Source: Candidatus Margulisiibacteriota bacterium
GTDB taxonomy: Bacteria; Margulisbacteria; Riflemargulisbacteria; GWF2-35-9
Reading direction: 5' to 3'
NCBI GenBank assembly: GCA_028715625.1
Contig: JAQURL010000001.1
Span: 36,345 to 100,344, forward strand
Length of the DNA stretch: 64,000 nt
A program made the position numbers and the translations under genes. The notes beneath the pieces were generated by a model, which worked only from the letters and a program-made list of their open reading frames with translations, ran no database searches and was not told the origin of the DNA. This document shows, piece by piece, positions 46,213-56,070 of the stretch (position 1 is the first letter of the stretch; every line of letters begins with the position of its first letter).

Positions 46213-47398
46213 CATTCAGTCTTCTCAGAACCTCTTCTTTTCCCAGATAATAAAGGAGTGAGAATAAATCCAGTGATTTCTCCTGCCCGGTTAAAATTTT
46301 TCTTAAAGGAGCAGCAATAAGTTTGAGTTCTTTTTGCTGTGCACACAACCATATATTTATACTTTCTTCAATAGTTTTTATTGACCATTCTTTTATGTTT
46401 CTGATTAGTACTGCCAAATCCTTACTTATTTCTCCAAACTCATCCTGAAAGTATTGTGCTGCCTCAAATCCGGGCAAAAAAGGAACAGTCAGCTTATCAA
46501 GCTCAGCCAGGTCATAAGCCTTCTGTTGTAGCTGTAACAGCAAGTTTTTTTTATCACCATCCTTATCTGCCAATGTTATAATCTGTGAAATATGTTCAAA
46601 AGGATATTCTTTAAGCTGTTTTATGTCAGCTTTCTTCAGATATTGTGTGTTCAGCCAGTTAAGTTTTTGATTGTTAAGTTTGGCCGGATTTTTTGAAATC
46701 TTCTGAATATCAAAAAGCTCTATCAATTCCTCTTTGGAAAAAATTTCCTGGTTCTGATAGCCCCAACCAAGCCTGGCCAGAAAATTTAATACAGCTGCGC
46801 TGAAATAAAATTTTTCCCTGTAATAAAAAACATTAGTATCGTTGCTTCTCTTGCTGAAAGGCTGACCGTTTTCATCAACAATTAAAGGAAGATGAAAATA
46901 TTTTGGTTTGGGTAGTTCCAGATATTTATAAAGCAACAGGTGTTTCTGCGTATTGCTTAAATGATCGTTGCCACGAATAATAGTATTTACGCCCATTTCA
47001 TGATCATCAATGACTACAGCGAAATGAAAAGTCGGTAAACCGTCGGATTTCTTGATTACGAAATCCTCGATATCTTCTTGTCCCTTGAGATAATAAGCTC
47101 CATCTTTAAGGTAGGCAAATCCTTTGTTTATCAATTTTTGCAGATAAGGCTCATATACTTTGAGCCGTTCCGATTGGAAGGGAATAAGGGAATTGTCCCA
47201 TTCAATCCCGACCCATAGCAAGTCTCGCATAATGCTGTCGGCATATTCGCGGCTGGAACGAGCGATGTCCGTATCCTCCATGCGTAAAAGGAATTGCCCT
47301 CCATGATGCCTGGCATGCAGATAACTGAAAAGAGCGGTCCTGGCTCCTCCGATATGCAAATGTCCGGTCGGGCTTGGAGCAAAACGAGTAATAATCAT
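46205..47398 (-). CDS. gltX: Glutamate--tRNA ligase (short form, 397 aa)
   Basis: HIGH region RFAPSPTGHLHIGGARTALFSYL. KMSKS-like LSKR region. Confidence 0.7.
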   Translation of the reverse strand: MIITRFAPSPTGHLHIGGARTALFSYLHARHHGGQFLLRMEDTDIARSSREYADSIMRDLLWVGIEWDNSLIPFQSERLKVYEPYLQKLINKGFAYLKDGAYYLKGQEDIEDFVIKKSDGLPTFHFAVVIDDHEMGVNTIIRGNDHLSNTQKHLLLYKYLELPKPKYFHLPLIVDENGQPFSKRSNDTNVFYYREKFYFSAAVLNFLARLGWGYQNQEIFSKEELIELFDIQKISKNPAKLNNQKLNWLNTQYLKKADIKQLKEYPFEHISQIITLADKDGDKKNLLLQLQQKAYDLAELDKLTVPFLPGFEAAQYFQDEFGEISKDLAVLIRNIKEWSIKTIEESINIWLCAQQKELKLIAAPLRKILTGQEKSLDLFSLLYYLGKEEVLRRLNAI

Positions 47399-47609
47399 AG
47401 TAATTTCAAATTATGCTTGAGATGCTTAAAAAAAGCAATCCGCGATCCCATTGTATAAAAAATATACATATTAAAGATTTCTTGTACTCTCCGGTCTATG
47501 GTAATTAGCTGTAGAATCATTCAATTTCTTAAGTGGTCACTAGAAAAAATTTAATGTTTTCTCTTCTGGCAACAATATTGCGTTTCACATGATAAGAAAG
47601 GGTAATATT

Positions 47610-47747
47610 ATGGAAAAAACCAAAGAGGAAGTTTTGAAAAAGATGTTTGAAGAAGCTGTGAAAATAGATAAACCTATTTATTCACCTATAAGTGTTGTCC
47701 TGACAATTGAGAATAAACAATTTATGTTGTTGTTTAGTAACAATTAA
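47610..47747 (+). CDS. Very small hypothetical ORF (45 aa)
   Basis: ATG with AAGGG RBS. Immediately followed by a terminator. Not in the ORF track. Confidence 0.2.
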   Translation: MEKTKEEVLKKMFEEAVKIDKPIYSPISVVLTIENKQFMLLFSNN

Positions 47748-47775
47748 GTAAAGGGAGGCTTAAGCCTCCCTTTAC
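47748..47775. terminator. Bidirectional rho-independent terminator (perfect 28-nt palindrome)
   Basis: gtaaagggaggcttaagcctccctttac followed by TTTTA on plus. On minus it sits just after the pckG stop with ttaattgtt following. Confidence 0.6.
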
Positions 47776-47784
47776 TTTTAGAAA

Positions 47785-49557
47785 TTAATGTCTGAAGTGT
47801 TTCTCAACTTTATTAAATTCCTGCCAAATGCCATCAGGTATATGCCCTTCAAACTGGTTGAAGAACTTTTCCACATCCTGTAGTTCCGCCTGCCATTCAT
47901 TTTTGTTGATCTCAAAAATTTTTTCCATTTTTTCTTCAGGAATATTCAGGCCTTTCAGGTCCAGGTCTTTAATATTAGGAATAAGCCCTATTGGTGTTTC
48001 ATTCGCCTGCACTTTATTATCAATCCTGTCCAATATCCATTTCAAAACGCGCATATTATCACCGAAACCCGGCCAAATATATTTGCCGTCATCATCGGTC
48101 CTGAACCAGTTAACAGTGTAAATTTTGGGAGGATTGGTCAGTTTTTTACCAACCTTCAACCAATGATTAAAATAATCTCCCATGTTATAGCCACAAAAAG
48201 GTATCATAGCCATTGGGTCTCTTCTTAATTGACCTTCTTTATGAGTTGCGGCCGCTGTAGTTTCTGAGCCTGTTCTTGCACCCAGGAAAACACCATGCTG
48301 CCAGTCAAAAGCCTCGAGCACCAAAGGAATAAGCTTAGCCCTTCTTCCTCCTAATATAATCGCGGATATAGGAACGCCGTGGGGATTGTCTGCTTCCGTA
48401 GAAAGCGTGGGACAATTATAAATGGAAGCTGTAAACCTGGAATTGGGATGAGCTGCTTTGGTATTTAAAGACTTATCCCAGGGTTTACCTTGCCAATCAA
48501 TCATGTTTTTTGGCATTTCGCCATCCAAACCTTCCCACCATGGTTCATTTTTATCAATATCTATAGCGGTATTGGTATATAAAGTCGGGAAATATTTGTC
48601 GGCTTTCAATGTTCTCATCATGTTAGGATTGGTCTTCATGGAAGTACCAGGAGCAACGCCAAAAAATCCTGATTCCGGATTTATGGCGTAAAGCCTTCCG
48701 TCTGGCCCTACGTTCAACCAAGCTATATCATCGCCTAATGTCCAGATTTTATAACCGGGCAAAGCTGATTGCAGCATGGCCAGATTTGTCTTGCCACAAG
48801 CTGAGGGCATGGCCGCTGTTATATAGGTTACTTTGCCTTGCGGGTCTTCAATGCCCATTACCACCATATGTTCTGCCAGCCAGCCTTCTTTGTAGCCCTG
48901 CCAGGAAGCTATTCTCAATGAAAAACACTTTTTACCCAGAAGTGCATTACCCCCGTAACCCGATCCTATGCTCCACACAAACTGTTCATCAGGAAAATGC
49001 ATGATAAATCTTTTATTGGGGTCGAAATCGCCAACCGAATGTAACCCTTTAACAAATTTATCTGAATTCCCTATCTTGTCCAGAATTTGCTTACCCATGC
49101 GAGTCATTATCCTCATGCTCACCGCAACATAGCTCACATCGGTCAGCTGTACACACATCTTGGCATAAGGTGAATCCGGGTGGCCCATCATATAGGGCAT
49201 AACATACATGGTCTTACCGCGCATGCAACCATCGGAAAGCTGGGTCATCATTTCTTTGGCCTCTGCGGGATCCATCCAGTTGTTGTTAGGCCCGGCTATA
49301 TCTTTATTCTTATGACAAACAAATGTCAGATGTTCGGTACGGGCTACATCTGTCGGATGACTTTTATGATAATATGAATTTGGCCAGCTTTTCTGGTTAA
49401 GTTCACGAAAAATAGGTGTATCTCCAATTTTTTCCTCTTTTATTCCAATTTCAATGAGTTTCCGTGCTTCTTCTTCTGAACCGTCGCACCAGTAAATCTT
49501 ATCCGGCTTGGTTAAAATTGCCTGCTCCTCTACCCATTTCTCCAACGGTGTTGCCAT
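47785..49557 (-). CDS. pckG: Phosphoenolpyruvate carboxykinase (GTP)
   Basis: About 590 aa GTP-type PEPCK: kinase P-loop region, PEPCK-specific motifs. Confidence 0.9.
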   Translation of the reverse strand: MATPLEKWVEEQAILTKPDKIYWCDGSEEEARKLIEIGIKEEKIGDTPIFRELNQKSWPNSYYHKSHPTDVARTEHLTFVCHKNKDIAGPNNNWMDPAEAKEMMTQLSDGCMRGKTMYVMPYMMGHPDSPYAKMCVQLTDVSYVAVSMRIMTRMGKQILDKIGNSDKFVKGLHSVGDFDPNKRFIMHFPDEQFVWSIGSGYGGNALLGKKCFSLRIASWQGYKEGWLAEHMVVMGIEDPQGKVTYITAAMPSACGKTNLAMLQSALPGYKIWTLGDDIAWLNVGPDGRLYAINPESGFFGVAPGTSMKTNPNMMRTLKADKYFPTLYTNTAIDIDKNEPWWEGLDGEMPKNMIDWQGKPWDKSLNTKAAHPNSRFTASIYNCPTLSTEADNPHGVPISAIILGGRRAKLIPLVLEAFDWQHGVFLGARTGSETTAAATHKEGQLRRDPMAMIPFCGYNMGDYFNHWLKVGKKLTNPPKIYTVNWFRTDDDGKYIWPGFGDNMRVLKWILDRIDNKVQANETPIGLIPNIKDLDLKGLNIPEEKMEKIFEINKNEWQAELQDVEKFFNQFEGHIPDGIWQEFNKVEKHFRH

Positions 49558-49574
49558 TATTGCTCCTCCTTAAT

Positions 49575-50297
49575 TTAATAGATTTCGCCAACACTTATTT
49601 CTTCAAGTGTCCCGCTATCAGTTAATAATATTAATTCTCCATTATCGGTGAGACTTTGAGCTATTCCGCTCTTTATATCTTCACCACATTTTACATTAAC
49701 TTTTTCTCCTATAAAAGAACTTTTTTTAATATATTCCTTTTTAATAATCGGAAACCCGGTTTCACAATATTTGTCATAGCATTCAAAAAATTTATTGAGA
49801 AAGCTTGTAATAAAAAAATCCCTGTTAACCTCTTTTCCCTGGAGCAGATTAAGAGAGGTGGCCGAACGATTTATCCTTTTGGGGAACTCTTGCGGCATAT
49901 TCAGGTTCACCCCTATGCCCATTACCAAGCCTAAAAATTGCTGTCCGCTAAAAGATGACTCGGCAAGTATGCCGGCAATTTTCTGCCCTTTTACCAATAT
50001 ATCATTTGGCCACTTGATGTTTGCTCGCACTTTGTACTCTTCAAGAGTGCGACAAATTATAATCGCTGTAAAATGGGACAGTGCGCTGATAATAAAACGG
50101 TTTGTATCTTTTGGCTTTAAAATTATAGACAGGTAAACATTGCCTGGTATATCGGAAAACCACTCACGGTTGAACCTGCCCCGACCGGCGGTCTGTTTAT
50201 CAGCGACAACAACCTGTTTGTCCGAGAGTTTCGCCAAATTTTGCAAGGCATATGTATTAGTAGAAGGAAGTTCCTTGAAGCTCTGCAAAGAGTACAT
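49575..50297 (-). CDS. birA: Biotin--[acetyl-CoA-carboxylase] ligase (BirA catalytic domain, no HTH)
   Basis: GRGRFNREWFS (GRGRxGRxW) biotin-binding motif. Confidence 0.8.
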   Translation of the reverse strand: MYSLQSFKELPSTNTYALQNLAKLSDKQVVVADKQTAGRGRFNREWFSDIPGNVYLSIILKPKDTNRFIISALSHFTAIIICRTLEEYKVRANIKWPNDILVKGQKIAGILAESSFSGQQFLGLVMGIGVNLNMPQEFPKRINRSATSLNLLQGKEVNRDFFITSFLNKFFECYDKYCETGFPIIKKEYIKKSSFIGEKVNVKCGEDIKSGIAQSLTDNGELILLTDSGTLEEISVGEIY

Positions 50298-50355
50298 TAT
50301 AAAAGTTATTTTACTTTAAAGCCGGTTTGATAACAATAAAGTTAAAAAATCCAGG

Positions 50356-50958
50356 TTATTCAACATCAATATTGAAAAGAGCTCTGATATATACCTGCTT
50401 ATCATCGCCTATTCTGAAGACACCGGCGAAAACAGGTTCTTTGTCCTGGATATCTTTTTGCGAAACAAATAAAGAACCGGTAAGCGGTCCTCTCTTCACA
50501 TTATGATAGGCATATGAAGTATAACTTGTTTGCATATTGCCGGAAATCATTGCCTTATACTTGTTTATTACCATGTATATGCCGGGAGTATAATGCTCAG
50601 AATCCAATATTGTGTTCCAGTCAAAGTCCGAAGAAAAGTCAGACATGACACAAAGAAATTTATCCTTGAATTTCTCGGGATTATTCAATATTTGGAATAA
50701 TTTGATTATTTCTTTTTTTTTCACATTATTTATGAAAACTCCCTGAAAAATATCAGTTGTTATTTGCGGAATACTATCAGAATTCGTTGAAATCGTAAGC
50801 ACTTTTTTTAATTGTGTACCAATAATCGGCAAGGTTACATTAAGCCTGTCAGCTATTATTGTAAGGGAACCATTCTTAATAGCCGCATAAGATTCTATCG
50901 GCACTATTAAAGATAGGGGTTTTCCTTTCTTTACATTAATACTTAATATTTTATTCAT
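50356..50958 (-). CDS. Hypothetical protein
   Basis: ORF only. Confidence 0.3.
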   Translation of the reverse strand: MNKILSINVKKGKPLSLIVPIESYAAIKNGSLTIIADRLNVTLPIIGTQLKKVLTISTNSDSIPQITTDIFQGVFINNVKKKEIIKLFQILNNPEKFKDKFLCVMSDFSSDFDWNTILDSEHYTPGIYMVINKYKAMISGNMQTSYTSYAYHNVKRGPLTGSLFVSQKDIQDKEPVFAGVFRIGDDKQVYIRALFNIDVE

Positions 50959-51064
50959 TATGGACTCCTGAATAGTTACATTTCAAACAATATTTCGTCA
51001 GTTAAATAAAAAAATCCCACCACAAAATTAAAAAATAATTTATAATAAACAAAAAGGAGCAGAC

Positions 51065-51901
51065 ATGAACTTCACAAAAATGCAGGGAACAGGTAATGAC
51101 TTCATTATCATTAACGGCTTTAAGGAGCTGGTAAACGGCATCAATTGGCCTGCATTATCCAGGAAACTCTGTGACCGGCATTACGGGATAGGTGCTGACG
51201 GAGTTATTCTCGCTTTACGTTCAAAAAAAGCTGACCTTTTAATGAAAATTTATAATGCCGATGGTTCGGAGGCGGAGATGTGCGGTAACGGGATACGCTG
51301 TTTCGCTTTTTTTGCCTGGAAGAAAAAACTTGTTACAAAGAAATCTTTTTCAGTGGAAACACTGGCCGGATTAATGAAACCAGAAATTGTAGAAATGGCT
51401 GACAACAAAGCCTTGGTTAAGATAGACATGGGCCAGCCCAGGTTTAACCCCAAAGAAATTCCCGTTAACCTGGATAAACAGTTCCCGATCAAGCTGGCAG
51501 AAGCACGACTAAAGAATAAAACTATTACTTTTACTCCTGTAGGTATGGGGAACCCTCATGCAGTGGTCTTTGTGGAAGATACCGACAACTATCCGGTTCG
51601 GGAAATCGGTGAAGAAATGGAAACCAATAAACTTTTCCCCAAAAGAACAAATGTAGAATTTATCGAAATACTTTCCAAAAAGGAAATCAAAATGCGGGTC
51701 TGGGAACGTGGGAGCGGAGAGACTCTGGCTTGCGGAACAGGAGCTTGCGCATCGGTTGTTGCAGGCATATTGTTGGAAAAGTTAAACAATCTGGTAAAAG
51801 TTCATCTTCTGGGTGGGGACCTGAATATCGAATGGCATGATGGCAAATCGGTATTTATGACCGGACCTGCTGAAACAGTTTTTGACGGAAAAATAAAATA
51901 A
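51065..51901 (+). CDS. dapF: Diaminopimelate epimerase
   Basis: MNFTKMQGTGNDFIIING. Two catalytic Cys (MCGNG, LACGTGAC). Confidence 0.9.
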   Translation: MNFTKMQGTGNDFIIINGFKELVNGINWPALSRKLCDRHYGIGADGVILALRSKKADLLMKIYNADGSEAEMCGNGIRCFAFFAWKKKLVTKKSFSVETLAGLMKPEIVEMADNKALVKIDMGQPRFNPKEIPVNLDKQFPIKLAEARLKNKTITFTPVGMGNPHAVVFVEDTDNYPVREIGEEMETNKLFPKRTNVEFIEILSKKEIKMRVWERGSGETLACGTGACASVVAGILLEKLNNLVKVHLLGGDLNIEWHDGKSVFMTGPAETVFDGKIK

Positions 51902-52067
51902 TCCATACAAAAACAGTAATGGTTTTCAGTTTAAATGCAACATACTCGACGCAAAATTGAATTTCGGCGAGGCGCCAAGAAGCGAACAGCGGAAGTGTAC
52001 TTACAGGTACATTGAGCAGTGAGCGACGCAGGCAACAATGCCGAAAACCATTTTGCTAAGAGTATAT

Positions 52068-52364
52068 CTAGACTCTGATAAGGGTTTCTTTCATGAACAG
52101 GGCTGCATAATCGGAAGGCAATCTTTTAATAATCTCAGCCTGTTTTTTGGTTTCTATAAGTTTAAAAACCTCTATAGCTTTGGTGTGAGAAAGTTTCAGC
52201 ATTAAATTACTAACGCTCTTTACATCAAATTGCACGAGAACTTTGGCTAAAAGATTAGAATCAATTTTGTTTATTTCCTTAATATATTTATCGCTGTGAT
52301 TCTCCATATACAGAAGGACCATTTCATCCGGATTCTTTATAACTTTCTTTTTGTTGAAAAACAT
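52068..52364 (-). CDS. Hypothetical small helical protein
   Basis: ORF only. Confidence 0.3.
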   Translation of the reverse strand: MFFNKKKVIKNPDEMVLLYMENHSDKYIKEINKIDSNLLAKVLVQFDVKSVSNLMLKLSHTKAIEVFKLIETKKQAEIIKRLPSDYAALFMKETLIRV

Positions 52365-52501
52365 CTCACTGCCCCCTTTTAATAAACCCTTATATATTAT
52401 ATTATATCTTTTAATTCAAATGACAAGTGGTCAATTTTTGAACTTATAATAATATATCGTGTAAAAAGGCCGAAAATTTCAGGGAATTTAAGGAGAATTT
52501 A

Positions 52502-53674
52502 ATGGTAACCACATCAAAAAAATTTAAGCATGTTCCACCCTATTTGTTCGCAGAAATCGACAAGAAAAGAGCGCAGGCCATTGCCGGAGGTGTGGATATT
52601 ATCAACTTAGGGATTGGAGACCCGGACCAGCCTACATTCCCACATATTGTGGCTGCCATGCATAATGCCATTGATAATCCCGCAAACCACAATTATCCTC
52701 CGTACGAAGGGACTAAAAATTTTCGGGAAGCCGTCGCATCTTGGTATAAAAAACGGTTTAACATTGATTTGAATCCCGATACTGAAGTTTTGTCCTTAAT
52801 CGGCTCCAAAGAAGGGATAGCACATCTGCTAAGCGCTTATATCGACCCTGGAGATATTGTCCTGGTACCCAGCCCTGGCTATCCGGTTTATAAAATGGGA
52901 ACAATTCTTACCGGCGGAACACCTTTTTTTGTGCCTTTGACAACTGAAAATAATTTTTTACCTGATCTGGACAGCATCCCGGCTGATGTTGTAAAAAAAG
53001 CTAAAATACTTTATGTAAATTATCCCAATAATCCCACAGCCGCTATAGCTGAAATCCCCTTTTATAAAAAGGTTGTAAAATGGGCAAAGAATAATAACAT
53101 CCTGATAGCTTCCGACCTGGCTTATAGCGAAATGACTTATGATGGTTATAAAGCCCCGAGTATTTTGGAAGTGGATGGTGCCAAGGATGTAGCTATAGAA
53201 TTTCATTCTTTATCCAAGTCATTTAATATGACGGGGTGGCGTATAGGTATGGCCGTGGGCAATAAGGATGCTATTAATGCTCTGGGTGTAATAAAAACCA
53301 ATATTGATTCGGGAATATTTAAAGCCATACAAGAGGCCGGCATTGTCGCGCTTACACAGCCTGCGCCACAAATCGAATTAACTAATAATCTTTACAAAGA
53401 ACGACGGGATGTTTTGACAAAAGGATTAAATGAGCTGGGGTGGAACTTGAGACCGATTAAAGCTACTTTTTATGTTTGGGCACCTGTTCCTAAAAAATAT
53501 ACCTCGGCAGAATTTGTGACCAAGGTACTTGATGAATGTGGTATTGTAATCGTTCCTGGCAATGGTTACGGTCCAGAAGGAGAAGGATATTTCCGTATTG
53601 CGCTAACAGAAACCAAGGAAAGAATTACCCAGGCTTTACAAAGATTAAAAGATAAAAATATAAGTTATAAATAA
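52502..53674 (+). CDS. dapL: LL-diaminopimelate aminotransferase (class I aminotransferase)
   Basis: N-terminus ...HVPPYLFAEIDKK.... PLP Lys region SLSKSFNMTGWRIG. Genomic context with dapF. Confidence 0.75.
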   Translation: MVTTSKKFKHVPPYLFAEIDKKRAQAIAGGVDIINLGIGDPDQPTFPHIVAAMHNAIDNPANHNYPPYEGTKNFREAVASWYKKRFNIDLNPDTEVLSLIGSKEGIAHLLSAYIDPGDIVLVPSPGYPVYKMGTILTGGTPFFVPLTTENNFLPDLDSIPADVVKKAKILYVNYPNNPTAAIAEIPFYKKVVKWAKNNNILIASDLAYSEMTYDGYKAPSILEVDGAKDVAIEFHSLSKSFNMTGWRIGMAVGNKDAINALGVIKTNIDSGIFKAIQEAGIVALTQPAPQIELTNNLYKERRDVLTKGLNELGWNLRPIKATFYVWAPVPKKYTSAEFVTKVLDECGIVIVPGNGYGPEGEGYFRIALTETKERITQALQRLKDKNISYK

Positions 53675-54399
53675 TGCTTAACCATCAGCGCATTGAGCAT
53701 CTTCGGACACTGGAAAAAATACTAAACATTTATTTTGATCAGTTGTCTTTGCTTTCTCAAGCTCTGACGCACAGTTCCTATACCTATGAAGGCAATCTGC
53801 CTGATAAATTCAGCAATGAACGTCTGGAATTTCTTGGCGATTCTATTCTAAAGTTTGTCATTACAGAGTACCTCTATAAACAATACCCGGACCAGAATGA
53901 GGGTGACTTGGCTCAGCGCCAGGCAATAATGGTTAGTGATGCTACGCTGGCTCAAAAAGCACTGGAGATATCCCTGGGCAATTATCTGCTCTTGGGCAAA
54001 GGTGAACAAAAAAATCTCGGTGCAACCAATGAGTCTAACCTTGCTAACGCTCTGGAGGCTTTATTCGGTGCTTTTTATCTTGATCAGGGAATGGATGCAA
54101 CCAGAGCTTTTATTTTAAATATTTTACACACTGTTCTTTCAAAAAATTTCTCAGAGGAGGACCTCAAAGACCATAAGACCAGGCTACAGGAATACACTCA
54201 AAGCCAGGGGCTGGGACTACCTGAATATCAGTTACTGAAAGAAGCAGGACCTGATCACGCCAAAAAATTTACAGTTAAAACTATTCTTCTTACTCATAAA
54301 AAAGAATTAATCGGAATAGGCATGGGGTCATCAAAAAAATCAGCTGAATCAGCTGCTGCACAGGATTTGCTGCAAAAATTGGGAAAAGATATTAAATAA
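53674..54399 (+). CDS. rnc: Ribonuclease III
   Basis: Signature ERLEFLGDSIL. C-terminal dsRBD. Confidence 0.9.
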   Translation: MLNHQRIEHLRTLEKILNIYFDQLSLLSQALTHSSYTYEGNLPDKFSNERLEFLGDSILKFVITEYLYKQYPDQNEGDLAQRQAIMVSDATLAQKALEISLGNYLLLGKGEQKNLGATNESNLANALEALFGAFYLDQGMDATRAFILNILHTVLSKNFSEEDLKDHKTRLQEYTQSQGLGLPEYQLLKEAGPDHAKKFTVKTILLTHKKELIGIGMGSSKKSAESAAAQDLLQKLGKDIK

Positions 54400-54409
54400 A
54401 TTTTTGCTG

Positions 54410-55513
54410 CTAAATCAGGGCCATCTTGGTCTTGCTGTCGAACATATGCATGTTTTTCAGGAAAAAACCCAATTCAATCGTTTGTCCAAGTTTGAAGTCA
54501 AAAGCAGGGTCTACTTCTCCTAAAAACTTGGTTCCGCCGATGGATAAATGTAAAAATGTTTGCGGGCCTAAAAGTTCGGCAAAATCAATTTTTGCTTCCA
54601 CTTTTTCCTCAGTATACTTTTTGCGCAGAGCTTTCTGGTAATCTACGATATCTTCCGGACGAACACCAAGAATAACATCAATTTCTCCCATTTTTTTAAA
54701 TTCATCATTTAATGTATCTGGTAATGTCAGCTTAAAGTTGCTACTCTCGAAATAGAATTTTCCTTTACGCTCCATAACTTTACCGTCAAAAAAATTCATC
54801 GAAGGTGAACCTATAAATCCTGCTACAAATGTATTATTCGGTTTATCGTATACCTCCAAAGGTTTGTCGAACTGCTGTATCTCTCCTTCATTCATAACCA
54901 CAATTCTGTTCCCCAGAGTCATAGCTTCTATCTGGTCATGTGTTACATAAACAAAAGTAGCTTTGAGCATTTCATGAATATTTTTTAACTGACCTCTGGT
55001 CTGAACCCTTAGCTTGGCATCCAGGTTAGAAAGGGGTTCGTCCATTAAAAATACCTTTGGCTGTCGCACGATTGCCCGGCCTAAAGCGACTCTCTGGCGC
55101 TGACCTCCGGAAAGTTCCTTGGGTTTTCTCTCCAGATATTTTTTCAACCCCAGGATTTCCGTTGCTTTTTCAACTCTTTGCTCAATTTCATGTTTGGAAT
55201 GTTTACGAATCTTTAAGGCAAATTCCATGTTTTCACGAACTGACATGTGCGGATATAAAGCGTAATTCTGAAAAACCATGGCGATATCACGGTCTTTTGG
55301 CGGTGTGAAAGTAACATCTTCATCACCGATATAAATTTTACCTGAAGTTACTTCTTCCAGGCCAGCTATCATACGCAAGGTTGTTGTCTTGCCGCAACCT
55401 GAAGGTCCAACAAGAACTACAAATTCATGAGGTTGTATATCTAAATTAATACCTTTAACAACTTCAACTTTTCCAAAATTTTTGACAACTTGCTTTAGTA
55501 CAACTCCGGACAT
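54410..55513 (-). CDS. ABC transporter ATP-binding protein, MalK/UgpC/PotA-like with C-terminal TOBE-like domain
   Basis: Walker A GPSGCGKTT. Signature LSGGQRQR. Walker B FLMDEPLSNLD. Confidence 0.8.
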   Translation of the reverse strand: MSGVVLKQVVKNFGKVEVVKGINLDIQPHEFVVLVGPSGCGKTTTLRMIAGLEEVTSGKIYIGDEDVTFTPPKDRDIAMVFQNYALYPHMSVRENMEFALKIRKHSKHEIEQRVEKATEILGLKKYLERKPKELSGGQRQRVALGRAIVRQPKVFLMDEPLSNLDAKLRVQTRGQLKNIHEMLKATFVYVTHDQIEAMTLGNRIVVMNEGEIQQFDKPLEVYDKPNNTFVAGFIGSPSMNFFDGKVMERKGKFYFESSNFKLTLPDTLNDEFKKMGEIDVILGVRPEDIVDYQKALRKKYTEEKVEAKIDFAELLGPQTFLHLSIGGTKFLGEVDPAFDFKLGQTIELGFFLKNMHMFDSKTKMALI

Positions 55514-55544
55514 GCTTTCAGCTCCTTTTATACTAGAGAAATCT

Positions 55545-56003
55545 TTATTTAATTTTTGCTTTTAAATCAATCATTTCCAAGGCGTTAACCGCTGCTTCCC
55601 AGCCTTTGTTGCCGGATTTAGCGCCAGCTCTTTCTATTGCCTGTTCAATAGATTCGGTGGTCAGAACTCCAAAAATTATAGGAGTCTTTGTAGTCAGCGC
55701 AATGCTGGCTACACCTCTGGACACCTGAGAAGCAACATACTCGAAATGCGGAGTGGCCCCCTTTATCACAGCGCCCAGGCAGATGATGGCATCATACCCT
55801 TTTTCCTTTATCAGATTTAAAGTATAAGGTATCTCAAAGGCACCAGGCACTTTATAGATATCAATATTTTTTTCGTCCACTTCATGACGAACCAGAGCGT
55901 CTTTGGCGCCTTCCAGTAGTTTAGTCCCTATGAACTCATTGAACCGGCTCCAAATAAGAGCTATCTTTTTGCCTTTTCCATTAATTTTTCCTTCGTAAAT
56001 CAT
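55545..56003 (-). CDS. ribH: 6,7-dimethyl-8-ribityllumazine synthase
   Basis: Size (152 aa) and lumazine synthase fold motifs ([15 protein letters not shown]). Confidence 0.9.
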   Translation of the reverse strand: MIYEGKINGKGKKIALIWSRFNEFIGTKLLEGAKDALVRHEVDEKNIDIYKVPGAFEIPYTLNLIKEKGYDAIICLGAVIKGATPHFEYVASQVSRGVASIALTTKTPIIFGVLTTESIEQAIERAGAKSGNKGWEAAVNALEMIDLKAKIK

Positions 56004-56070
56004 GCCAGCATCAGCTCCTTGTTTTTTGCCTATTATAAAATTTTTTAGCTGAATTGGAAACCACTATTTC

